Shown here: positions 12,993-29,047 of the stretch, one piece after another
How the letters are laid out: every line of letters begins with the position of its first letter
Position numbering within the stretch: the first letter of the stretch is position 1
Assembly: GCA_038496445.1 (NCBI GenBank)
Contig: JALMLS010000418.1
Location: 62,001-126,000 of the forward strand
Reading direction: 5' to 3'
Length of the DNA stretch: 64,000 nt
DNA from: Trichosphaerium sp. ATCC 40318
Lineage: Eukaryota; Protista; Tubulinea
Made by a program: the position numbers and the translations under genes
The notes under the pieces: model-generated
The model's input: only the letters and a program-made list of their open reading frames with translations
Database searches by the model: none
Told to the model about the DNA's origin: nothing

Positions 12993-14888
12993 ATGCGCAT
13001 CATAGCTCTGTGTTTTATATTACTTGCTTGCGCACTCGCAACTGAATACACGTCATACCAGGGTTATAAACTTCTTCGGTACGTTTTGTGATGACTGTAT
13101 TCGTCTGATGGCTCCTAGCGTTACACCTAAAACCGCAGAGGAGGTAAAGGATGTAAACGCCGCTGTTGAGAAGCTTGGTCTTGACTTGTGGTACTGGCAT
13201 AACTCTGAGAGCGCTGATATCATGGTACAGTACAGCATAATGCTTTAGGCTAACTTCGCCATTTTAGGTCCCAGCTTCACTTTCAAATGTATTTACAGCC
13301 CTTAATATCGATCAAGAAGTCATTCACGAGGACGTTCAAGCCGCTTTGGATGAGCAAAAACGAAGCAATGTAAAAATATTCCAATTTGTTTTCTAAGGTT
13401 TTGACGGTTTTTCCCTAGAACGCTACAGCTGATCCAGCTTGGTTCGAGTCTTACCATCAGTATCCTGTTATCCAAGAATACTTGGAGGATTTAATCGCTA
13501 GCAACAACGACAAACAAAGTACGCACGTGTACAAAGCGACGTCTAAGATAAAAGAAAAACGTTTTCGTTAGCTTTTTTTTCCGTTTTTCAAAAGTCACGT
13601 GACTTTTTTTTCAAAACGTGACGTAACTGGTTGTTTAGTTTCGTCTATCTCTGTTGGAAAGTCATACCTAGGACTAGATATCAGTGGTGTCAAGATCGGA
13701 ACAGGTGCGTTCTTTTTGGAGAAACAATTACACGTGTTGAGCGCTCACATAGCGGATTTATGCCTATGAGTCCCGAAATTGTACAAGCCTTTATTAACAA
13801 ATGTAGGGTCACGTAAGTTTTTCTTCAATGGAGGACAACACGCCAGAGAATGGCTTACACCTCCAACTGTTTGCTACATCGCTACACAACTATTATTACC
13901 AGAGAATCAAAAGTACTACGACGCTTTCGAATGGTACAGTGAAAATTCTTTTCGTTTGTAAAGTAGCCTGAGTGAAAATTAAATAAGGATTGTAGGCATT
14001 TGGCTCCTGTAATGAACCCTGATGGTTATCAATACACATGGACCAACAACAGACTTTGGCGTACGCATTAAACCCCGATAAATTCATATCAAATGAAAAT
14101 TCTAATCATCCAAAAATAGGTAAAAACAGAGCACCTACAAGCAATCCTAGCTGTGTTGGTACCGATCTTAACAGAAACTGGGCATACCAATGGAATACCG
14201 GCGGTTCTTCATCAAACCCATGTTCTGATACCTTCCACGGTGCGATATTTTTTTAATTGTTTCCTTTTTAGCAGAAAATTCCATACTTATTTACTTTTAG
14301 GTGGTGCTCCTTTCAATGCTGTCGAGACTAAAGCAGTATCCGATTATATCACAGCTGCAGATCCAGTAGCTTACATTGACTTCCATTGTTGCGGTCAAAT
14401 GTGGATGTAAGCCTATTATTACAATGTTTTCGTTTAGCTGAACAAACCTTTAGGCAACCTTGGGGTTACAGCTGTCGCGATGTACCTGCTGACAATGCCG
14501 CTCAACAAGCAGGTGGTGAAGCCGCTGCTGCTGCAATCAGAGCCACTCATGGAAGAAACTTTGCCGTTGGTGGAGTATGCCAAGTCATCTACCAAGCCTC
14601 AGGTACTTAGCTTGTTTAAGTAATCGTGATGCTTATTAATGACTTTAGGTGGTTCCAACGACTGGACATACGGTGGCGCTAATGTCAAGTACTCTTATGC
14701 TATTGAAGCTCGTGGTTCATTCACATCTCCAGCAAGTGAAATCAAGCCTTGTGGTACGTAGTCATACATCTTAACTAACCTCCCTACATGATGCTGTTTT
14801 GTACGTTTTTTGGCTTACTCTTTTTACAGTTGAAGAATTATGGGCTGGTGTTAAGGCTATGGCTGATTACATCATTGCTAACAACTAA
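12993..14888 (+). CDS. Secreted zinc carboxypeptidase, M14A (CPA/CPB-like) with propeptide (multi-exon)
   Basis: Signal peptide [16 protein letters not shown]. Motifs [38 protein letters not shown] and catalytic YSYAIEAR. Confidence 0.93.
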
Positions 14889-15045
14889 AAATCTTGTGAT
14901 GTTTGTGTTTCCTAATAAAAACCCAAAGTAACACGTGTTCAATGGTATATTTTGCGCGAAACCGGTCACTCGCAAATCTTGACGGTTTACTTTAGACTAT
15001 TTATTATTCAACTATTGAAGGTGTCTCAAAGTTCTTCAACTCTCT

Positions 15046-15964
15046 TCAAGATGTAATAAGAAAACGAAAACGCTTGCCAGGTTCTTTGCTGAAGTCCATT
15101 TGTGATTTCTTCAACTTCTTCATCTCGTCTTCATTAAGTTGTTCATAGGTACGAAACTGCATGTCGAACCAACTTCCCAGCCCTTTGTAGTCACATTTTC
15201 TAGCCAATTTTAATGCTGTAACATTCTCAGAGTTTGCTTGGATTACTTTCTCCCAATTGTAACAGAGCGCCTTTAAATGTAGTTTTGACTCTGAGACATT
15301 GTCCCATTGTAAGGCAATGCGATGTGAAGCGAAGGCTTCATAAAACACGGTAGGTTCCATCAATAGGTGAATGTAACTCTTCACTAGTGAAACTAGATCG
15401 TTCCAAGGGCTTGCTATGTATTTAATGTATGGTTGGTAGTTGTAAATAAATTCCTATGGAGCACAAATCAGTCCACCTTGGAAGATGACTTCCTCGTCAA
15501 TTGAAGACTCAACAGCAGATCCCCAATCAATGATGTAGAATTTTTGGTCGTGTATCATAATATTACGTAATTCTAGATCCCTAGCACGTGTTTAAAAAGG
15601 AGTTGGTAACAGTAGAAATAACCAAATTCCCTTTAAAATAAATTAAGTACCTGTGAACATATCCTTCCTTGTGTGCTTTCTTGAGCGTGTCTACAAGAGA
15701 AGAAAACGAGGTAGGTAATTTGGTCCCATGCTTAAGTTTGTGGCCTACAGGTTCATTGCGAAATACTCTCCTTCCTGGAAAAAAACAGTTAGGTTTTGTT
15801 CGCCCATCGAACGCCTTCAGATGCTTATACTTGTCAGAATCAAGTTTGCTTAGAAGTTGTGCAGCTACAAGATCCTCATCAAAATTGCCTTGTTTGTTTC
15901 TTAGCGTTTCAACAGCTGTCCTGTCTATCCCTGTAAAATGGCGCTGAAAGTTAAATATATGCAA
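15046..15964 (-). pseudogene. Protein-kinase-like pseudogene (C-lobe motifs present, in-frame stop)
   Basis: Spliced reading gives GYVHRDLELRNIMI...IIDWGSA...GGLICAP*EF with an in-frame TAG at 15454-15456. No recognisable Gly-loop or clean start upstream. Confidence 0.65.
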
Positions 15965-16420
15965 CCAACTTTTCTTATTGATGCCAAATCACTTATTCCC
16001 AACGACACATGTTTTTGCTATGTTTCTAAATATGAACAACCACTTTTAGTAAAACAAGTAACCAACGTTCATGACAAGGATACGGTAAGATAACTAAAAC
16101 AAACAAATGTTATCTCGAGTAGTAAAAAAATGAGAAAAATGCAAATGAACCAAAATATTTTAACTATTTAACACGCTTTGTTTACAATTACTTTGGTACT
16201 AGGGCTAGAGTTTTGGCTCAAACAAAAATCGAATACGTATTGATGTCACAACATAAAATACGACAATAGCTAACATCAATCGTTAGCAAGCTACTCTACA
16301 GACCTATTCACTTTAGTACCAAAGCCGAAAATGATATATATTATACCATAAGTTAGTCTTCTTCTGTAAGTCACTTGACTGACAAAAACTTCTTTAGTTC
16401 AATTTTTAGGGGTTTTTTAA

Positions 16421-19400
16421 TTACAATTTGGAATTACAGTATTTCTTGTGTTGCTCCAAGTACCATTTTACAAGGACTGATTTTCTTGTATAATCAAAAT
16501 TTGATGAAATAATCTTGTATAATAGTGCACAGTATATAGGTTGTAAATTACGTTCTGATGATTCTAATAGTTCTTCTATCTTATCCATGAGTATATAAAG
16601 TAGTTTTGTATTCACCAACATGAGCATCTTGAATAGTATAACACAAAGAAAAGTAGCTGATTTGTTTTTTTCAAGTTTAAGGATTTTGTCTATGTACTTT
16701 GTAAAGACGTGTATGCTTAATGCTTCATCAGTAGGTAGTTTAACAATAGTTGTTAGTGTTGTATCAGCCAAAGAATCAACTGTTGTAAGAATAGGATAAT
16801 GCTAGAGGTCATTAGAAAGTCAAAGCACGAAAGGAAAGAATAAATGTTATTTTTGTTTGTTGTACCTCAAATGCAACTTTTAGATAATAAGGGAATACTT
16901 CATTACGTAAAGCACTCTTTCTGTTGAATATGTACTTGAATAGAATATGTGCTTGTTTGTTTGTATTTTTGGTTTTGTTTTCTATAAGACTAGTTCTGTT
17001 AAGGAGTAATGAAGACAGAAGTAAAAAGTTCTGAAAAAAAAATTGGATACTAAAACAATAAAGGCATTAGTTGATTTCTAAGAATATCATCGGTGACGCC
17101 TTCAGGATGGTCTCTGAGTAATACTTCAAACTCGACAAGCGTATGGTATATTCTAGAGAGTAGTAGAGATCTTGAGAGAGCATTTGTATCACGCTTAGCT
17201 TGCTCCAAATCTGAGCAAAAAACCCAAGTCAGAAAAATTTACGTTTTCATCAATCGTACTTTCTAAAAAATCTGCTTTCTTAATCAACTTGCTCACAAAA
17301 TTTGTCTGTGAAGATACTCTATCTACTAGTGATTCTACAGCAGCCATGTAAAGTTCTTCAACAGGTGGTTGACTACAAAACTCTGTCCACATTAGAGTCT
17401 CTAACATCATGTACGCTTGGTTTACTTTACCAGTCGTTAGTAAAGTCAAATGAATAATACTACCTCCGACATACCATTCACGTGTTTTACAACCAACGAA
17501 AAAAATAAAACAAAACACAAAAACACCATTACAAAAGTAGCTTGTAAAGCCTGTGCCAGTTGATCTAAACATTAGTTGAGTGGAAACCGACCCAAAAAAA
17601 AAAAGAAAACGAAAGAGACTCACTTTGAAATCCATGTCCAAGCGCTCCAATTCCCGGTTTAGTCTCATTCCATAGTTGGTACCAATCCATATGAAGTCCT
17701 TTCGAGAAATCACACATTCTTTAACAAACAAAATTAGAACTAGGAGAATGTGACTGTATCGTAAAACAAAACCAGCATACTTTGAAATAACCGAATGTGC
17801 CAGAAATTCGTTGTCTTTTACACTAACAAATAGTGAAGCCAAACATCTCGTGAAATGACCTGCTAGTAATGCCAATGACTCTACTTGACGTGTACGAACC
17901 TACATTGCAAATAGTTAACAACAGTATCAAATATGATGTGTACTTCAAGAAGGACTGCTCTCAGCAAAGTTGGAGTATCAACACCTCGTGATATCCCATT
18001 TTGAATCATATCAAACAACCATGACGTATCCAGAATATCCCATATAGTTACATCCAAGACAATCTGTAGAATGGTCTAATAAATAGTGATAAGTCAACAA
18101 GTAACTGGGTACGGGTTCAAAATAGCTGTGTACCTCATCACTAATAAGAGATAACTTTTTGTCCAGGTAAACACAAACAACAGCAAATGCTTGACGCCAT
18201 TTGTGTTTAAAATAAGGATCTTGTGTTCCTACCAATATACGCACAGCATTAGCCATAATATGGTTTAGCCTCTGGATGATATGCTGTGACCAACGGCATC
18301 TACCGTCAGCAATAACACCTTTCCTAAAAAAATAATGAATATTTCAAGAAAAAATAAAACAACGTACAAAAAACCGCCAACAGCAAATAGCGACATATAT
18401 AGCGACCCACGATTTTTATCACTGCTATCACTAAAAATATGCTCAATTGCAGATATTATGGAAACCACCCAATCTTCCTATTTGACACAAGAATTAAGTC
18501 AAGGAACACTTAAAGTTTTTTAAAAAAATCCGAACGTCATAAACTTCGCCATCAATTGCTCTGTCTAATCGGAGTTCTAGAGATCGTTGGAATAAATTGA
18601 ACATTACAACACCATGTCTTAGCGTTGGCATTTTTGATGTGGAATTTTGAACGACAACGAGAGGCTTTGGAGACTCCTTACTATCTGATTCTTTTTCTTG
18701 GACTTTTGAAGAGCCTTTCTCAAAGTCAACATTTCAAACTTCAAAAGCAATTACAAAGAATACCTTTATCCGCTTCTGAATCAATATTTGCTGTTTGATC
18801 TGCTGATTCTACATTATTAGCAGTGATTGGCGTTGGGGACTGTTTAATCTGTGGCATTGGAGTCAATCTTTTTTTTCTTAATGCTTCACGCTTTGCAATG
18901 ATAGATTGGACTTTTGGATTATCCCACATTGTAAGTAATAGTTCAACCATCTCGAAAAGATATTTATCTATAAGATTTGAAGTCATGAATGAAAATCCAC
19001 GTGCAAGCATTGGAAAAAATCGAGTGCCAAAACTAGATGCTAAAGTCAAAGAAAAGTGGAAATCACGTGATGTCAAACGTACATTAGAAACTCAGGTTCT
19101 TCACGAAGAAACCCTGAAATAATCTCAAATGATTTTCCAGCTTCCTCTCGACCAAGAACTGATACAGCTATTGACAAGAAGTATATACAATGTGGAAACA
19201 AAAAAGACCAATCTCTATGTTCTCTTCTCTGAACAAGATCCGAAAAGTGCTCTGTAAGAGCCTTGACATGATCAACATATTTGCCTTTTGAAAAAATAAG
19301 AAAATGGTTCCAACAGTTATCCATAAAGAAGTAAAAAAGAGTCACAGAAAAGTAATACCTTTTCTTTGCAGCACAAAATCAGCAAGGATATTAATGACTA

Positions 19401-20787
19401 GTACTGGTATTTGCACCATTGTTACATTGCCATGCCTGTACTCTGAAACAACGTCAACTAGTAACGCAATATTCTCTTCAGAAAAGAGCTGATCTACACG
19501 CTCAGGAGGAAGATCTTTATGACGCTTTTTTAGAAATCTCAGGTTTGAATATACCTAACAAAACTAGTCAGCTCTGGACTTACTAAGAAAATATTCGTAC
19601 AATCTTGTTACTCTTTCCCAAGTAATCCTTTATCTTAATGAAGCAGTCTTTTTGATGGTAGAATTCCTGCACTGTTTCAAATTGAGACTTGTCTTTAACT
19701 TCAACATCTGTTGTTCCCCTTTCGCAAACAAGTAAGAGAAAGCTATTAGGTAGATACTGTACCATTTTACAAGGGCTGTCATTTGCTTCTGTTTCATAAT
19801 ATACTTTAATTGACCATCTTCAAAGTATTCATTCAAATGTAGCGTCCCACGATGTAACCTACATACAAGAGTTAATTTTTGAAAACAACTTTTTTTGCTT
19901 TCGTAAACTTACATGTTTTCCTTGGCGTATATATTCTTAAAACGGACTCTACGCTCTAATATAGCATCTATAACTTGACTTATAGTATATTTACCACTAA
20001 AATAGCCCCATGGCAAGTCCTTGTGGAAGTAAACACAAAGTAGAAACTAAGATATTTTTCTGTCGTACTTGTTGTTTTATACGGAGTAATGCTTGAAGGT
20101 ATGATAGCTGTTGATCTTGTGGAGCTGATATAAGGCGTACGTATATTATCATGAGAAAGAAAAGAAGCACAGGAGAGGACTTTCTTAGCGGTAAATGGCT
20201 AGTTTAAAAAAATGTCAAGAAAGATTAAATACAAAACATAATCAGCTGACAACGTGTATCACGTGCATCTCGATATTAAAATCACGCAAGTACCTTTTAT
20301 CTACAATATTCCGCAGATTTCCTGTTGATAAAGCTTTCTTTATGCTCGCCAAGCTCAGCTTGTGACGTTTTGTTCCAAGCTTTTTAAAAACGTAGTGAAC
20401 CGTCCTACACGCGTTTTTTAGGCGATAGAGCGTTGATATAAGACAATCAAAAAAAAACGGGCCAAATGGGCCAAATGCGTACGTGTGGGCGAAAACGTTA
20501 TCCAGGTACACTAATTCTTTCGAAAATGACGCCAGTTTCTGCTCTATCTTATACTTTGCTGACTCGAGTTACTATAGTCCAAATTACATGCACTTACGTT
20601 TATTTGGACAAGGCCCTTGGACATGCCCAATAACTGACGTGACTCTTGGCAAGAACGGAAGTTTGGCGTCATTTTGAAGATACCTCAATAGAGTATCGCT
20701 CCAGTACTCTTCGTACTCTTTAGGTGAAGGTACACGCGCTTTAGGCTTTAGTAATTGCCTCAAAGGCAAATTGGCTAAAGATGCCAT
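16421..20787 (-). CDS. Large uncharacterised, probably alpha-helical/ARM-like protein (multi-exon, contains a U12-type intron)
   Basis: The first exons chain in frame from ATG 20787 (MASLANLPLRQ...) and the last exon ends FDYTRKSVLVKWYL; not every internal junction was checked. The C-terminus resembles an uncharacterised plant/fungal family I recall but cannot name with certainty. Confidence 0.7.
16990..17050 (-). other. U12-type intron in the uncharacterised gene
   Basis: Donor GTATCCAA, perfect branch TCCTTAAC, then 8 nt ending in AG. Removal gives in-frame PLLFYLIENK. Confidence 0.8.
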
Positions 20788-20943
20788 GTCTGTGGCGCCT
20801 TTGTTATTTTGTATCATTACACCGGTCTGTTGCAGCATTGGGAAAATCACATCTGCCAATTACAAAAACTGTACTAACACAGTCCAAAATAGTCAACAAA
20901 CAGAGTATAAACAAGCAGCGCTGCTTGTTTGCAGTTAGTAACA

Positions 20944-23900
20944 ATGTCAACGCGTTATATAAAGCCATCGCCAGACGCGGAATATGGCGCCAACTACGGC
21001 TCTGCAAGACAGCTAGACAGCGCCCAGAGTATCTTTACGAGCTCTATGGTCAATTACACACCTAATCACCCACTCGTTGATGTGGTTACGAATAACGATT
21101 GTCTTTTGATGGCACTAGAGAACTCCCACATTATACGTATACAGGATCTAAACGACCCTGAAAATCTAGAAGGCAAATACACGAACTATGTCAAATTAAA
21201 CATAACAATGCGTAGATATCGAGATAAGCCGCAAGAAAAACCTCATTGCAAAACTTTTCCTCGACCCAACTGGTAACCACTTGATTATCTCCATGAAGAA
21301 TGAAGAACACTATTACTTACACTCAGCGTGGTTAAAACCAAAACCATTATCAAAATTCAAGGTACAAAAACGTTTAGACATTTCCAACGATGAATATTCT
21401 CCTTTTAACGCTTAAAACTAGCGTAGTACGCTAAAATAACGCTTAATTTTAAACGTTTTAATCTTCTCTAACGCTAAATGCAGAATATAATCATTACAGC
21501 TATTGCTTGGAATAAAAACGACCCTGATCCAATGTCAACGCAACAAATACTTCTTGGTGACAACAAAGGACAGATATGGGAGACTGTCATTGATGCCAAA
21601 GAAGCTGTTTTTGCTCAAAGTCAACAACGCTATGTAAAAATGGTAAGACCATAAGTACTGTGCTTCATGGTTTTTACAATTCTTTAGCTTCATACGATGC
21701 ATCAAAGTACACCAGTTACTGGGTTATTCACGGATTCATTCCCAAATGACGCTTCAAGAAAGATAATACTTGTTACTACACCTGAGAGGATTTATCAATT
21801 TATTGGTCGTAGAGATGATAGTTACGAAGCTATTTTCTCTTCTGCAGATGATAATGTGAAATTTCAAGAGGTAAGTCAGCGACGGTTTGGTTTTTTTTTC
21901 TTTTTTCAGTAAGTGTTCAGTGAAACTAACAAGTACGAAGTTATCTGGCGCTCAATCTTGTTCAGAACTACACTACTACGCAAAGCCATATGGTATACAT
22001 ATAGAGATGTTTTTACCGCTTTCATACCAACGTTACTTTAGGAAGTGACTCCGGGATGAAATTGTCAACTGCTGATCAGTTTGCTTGGTTGACAGGTTTG
22101 GGGGTTTTTCATGGTGCACTCTTTGAGGCAGTAAATAGAAACTCTGTACGATTTTATAGAAATACAGATGTTAATGTCAAGTACTATTTGAGATCATTTC
22201 GCTGACTAGGTCTTAGGTATGGTCAGATACAAGTATGTTGTCATGGGATAGTGTTAAACAAAAATTAAACAAAAACAAAAATGAAGTTGTCCGTGCTATT
22301 GCTTTAACAGGCTATCACTTTGTTGTCGTTTATAGTGGTAGTTTTCAAGCTGTATCATCTATTACTCATGAGGTACCAGAAGTACTTCCCGCTGTTGCTA
22401 TGGCTGACTTAACAAAAAGGTTGTTTGGAATCACGAACCAGGTGAACTAAAACAACCTCTTTTGGGTATCACAAGAGATATGACTACAAACTCAATTTTT
22501 GCTTATTCTTCAGACTTTGTATTTGAGATCCATGTAAGCGACGAAAAGAAAGATGGTATGCCCTACATTATGAATTAAGCAGTCATTATTCTCGCTGTCA
22601 TGTTAATCTTTACCTTACAATGTTTTTTAGCGTGGAAGATGTACATGAGGAAAAAGAATTTCAAAAAAGCGATAGAGCATTGCTCTGTACGATATTAATT
22701 TATTGACACTTCTTTGATTGTTTAATGTGTTGCTAAATATGTTCAATAGACACCTCAACAAAAGAATCAAGTATTCATTTCTCAGGCTGATCATTTCTTT
22801 GCTAATAAGGATTACATCAGAGCAGCTGAATTCTATGCTAATACTGATAAATCCTTTGAAGAGATTGCATTGAGTTTCATCCATGCAAATGAGTCTACAG
22901 CATTACGTAGATACCTAAATGAGAAATTAGGATCTCTGCCTTCTAAAGCAAGGGATAAGAATCAAGAACATGCCATGCAACGTACTATAATATGCTCATG
23001 GTTAACAGAGATATATCTAAACAAATTAAATGAACTTGATGAAGAAGGATCAAAAGTACACTTACCAGAGAAGAAAGGTGTCACAAGTGAATTTGTCACT
23101 TTCCTAAAAACTTACACAGTACGCAAAAACAAAAATCCAAAAAAAAAACTTTTAGAATGAAAAACTTTTCAAATGTTTCCGATTGTGGCGTTAATTGTAC
23201 AAAGTGTGATTTGGATCCTGCTACTACATTTAATCTTATTGGCAGTCATGGCCGCATTGATGCTCTTTTAGCTTACGCTGAGTTAATTGGAGACTGGGAT
23301 AAAGTGCTAAGGTACAAAACGAACAAAAAAAATTGGAAATCTGAAATCTCTTTTTTTGTGGTTCTTTTCTCATCTCTGGCAAAGCTTTCATTTACAGAAT
23401 GAAGATTATACAAGAGCCTTAAAGGTTCTAAAGGAATTAAAAGAGCCTGGACAACAGGCACGTTTTTTCATTTCAAAAAACCGAAAAAATCACGTTAACT
23501 AACAGTTACCCGATAGGAACTATTTTACAAATACACACCATTAATCATACAGCATAAACCTCAAGAAACAGTTCAAGTAATTACCCAATTAACAAAAATT
23601 GGAGACCAGATGTTCCTAGAGCCTCTTAAATTACTACCAGCTCTAATGCGATACCGAGTACGGTCCAGCAGTAACTTCTAGCAGTTGAATCTGCAAAATA
23701 CAAAAAAAATTTTCAACGTCGTTGAGGTTTTAAATTAATTACGTGGTTAGAGGTCATCCTCAGTTGAAGAAAATCAGACATTGAAGTACCTACGGTACTG
23801 TGTGAACAAACTAAACGTAAAGGTAAGTTCGGTTTACGTTCACAAGAAAAAAAAACGCTAAAATCTCTCCTCGTGTAGGAACCAGCCGTACATAACTATC

Positions 23901-25107
23901 TTTTATCTCTATACGCAGCAGAACGCGATGAAGGCGCACTAGTAAATTTTTTAAGTACGTTTCACACGTCACGAAAAAATGGCTTCCTGAGCGTCAAAAC
24001 TCGCTGTGTAGCCTTTCCTTTGGCTCATATTTCTTGTAGAGCAAGAACCACAATCATACGATCTCAAGTACGCCTTGGATCTATGCAAGAAACTCGGCCA
24101 CAATCGCGCTTGTATCACTATTTACAGTAAAATGGGCTTATACGAAGAAGCAGTTGACCTTGCTTTACAACCACTTTATCAAGGAAAGGCTGATATTGCA
24201 GCAGCTAAGATACACGCTGATGCACCTGGTAGTAACAAAGATTTGAGAAAAAAACTATGGTGAGTTTGGCACACGCGTACTTCCGCTGTGAGATCTTTAT
24301 TCTTACCCTTCTCAAGGCTTCGTATTGCTCGACATGTTGTAGAACAGCAGAAAGATATTAAAAAGGCTATGGACTTCTTATCAACAGGGGATTTGCTAAA
24401 AATCGAAGACATCCTTCCTTTCTTCCCAGATTTTGTTTTAATTGATGACTTTAAAGATCAGATATGTAAATCCCTTGAGGATTACAACAAGTTTATTTTT
24501 GACTTAAAAACTGAGATGGATGAAGCAACAAATAACGCAAACATGATCAGAATGGAGATTGAGAATCTTAGAAATAAGTAAGACGCAACATCATGAACTC
24601 TATTTTTTTCGGTTGTGAAATCAAAAAATTTTGACACTTTGCTCACTTTTGAAAAAAATTAGGTATGGTTATGTTAGAGGTAATCAGAAGTGCGCCATTT
24701 CAAATGTCCCTATTCTCAATGGACCTTTCTATCTATTCCCATGTGGGCATGCGATTTTATCGTCGTATCTCCGAGATGAAGTTGCACCACATCTAGACGA
24801 AGCACAATCAGAAAAGTTAAAAGAATATGAACAAAAGTTGGTTATTCTACAACGTAGACAAACAGGTAGGTTCCATAAAAACACTATGAACCTTGCATGT
24901 TCACCTCGTTTTTTGTATAACTAATTCTGGTTTATAGTTGGTCATGATGACCCTGAGGGATTAGTGCCTCAAATAGAAGAAGCTAAAAATAATATCGATA
25001 AAATAATAGCTGCAGAGTGTCCTTTATGTGGTCGCATAACAATCAGGTCTATAGATAAACCTTTTGTTACAGAAGACGATACAAGGCTAAGTGATTGGGC
25101 TGTGTAA
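20944..25107 (+). CDS. VPS18: Vacuolar protein sorting 18 (Pep3/deep orange), HOPS/CORVET core subunit
   Basis: LFLDPTGNHL, SFEEIALSF, ICSWLTEIYLNKLN, LLKIEDILPFFPDFVLIDDFKDQIC and C-terminal RING-like FYLFPCGH...IAAECPLCG...SIDKPF. Confidence 0.96.
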
Positions 25108-25557
25108 TAAAAATCTCTAACACCATAAAATACAACAAACCAAAAACTGCATAGTCCGCTGATGGCTAATTTTATCTTCACTTCATAAATTCCCTTTTTT
25201 TTTGCTTAATTTCGGACTTAGAAAAGTGATTCTGGCTTTTTCTACCCTTTCTGTATAATAAAAGGATCTGTGCCTATCCATTGTGGGCATTACAAGCAAG
25301 AATTTGACGTTTTGAATTCACAAACCAAAAAAAAAAAGCAACTTGTCAAAAATCACTTATTTGTTACCGCGGGAGTACTTCGCGCGTTAATACAATGTGC
25401 TTGTATTTTCGGTTTCCTATTATTCTTCGAAATGGTGGAGTAACGAGGACTTGAAATGGATAATTTTGCAACGAGTGCTTATGGGAGAAATTTCACTGGA
25501 ATTCGTAAAGATAAAGCGTTTGTAGTGGATTTGTCACAGCTCTGAGTGGTTATTACC

Positions 25558-29047
<3,490 letters not shown>

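Noticed and set aside
19384-19391. ATATCCTT on the minus strand as an AT-AC U12 donor
   Set aside because: It lies within an open coding exon (VINILADF) that has a normal GT donor shortly after.
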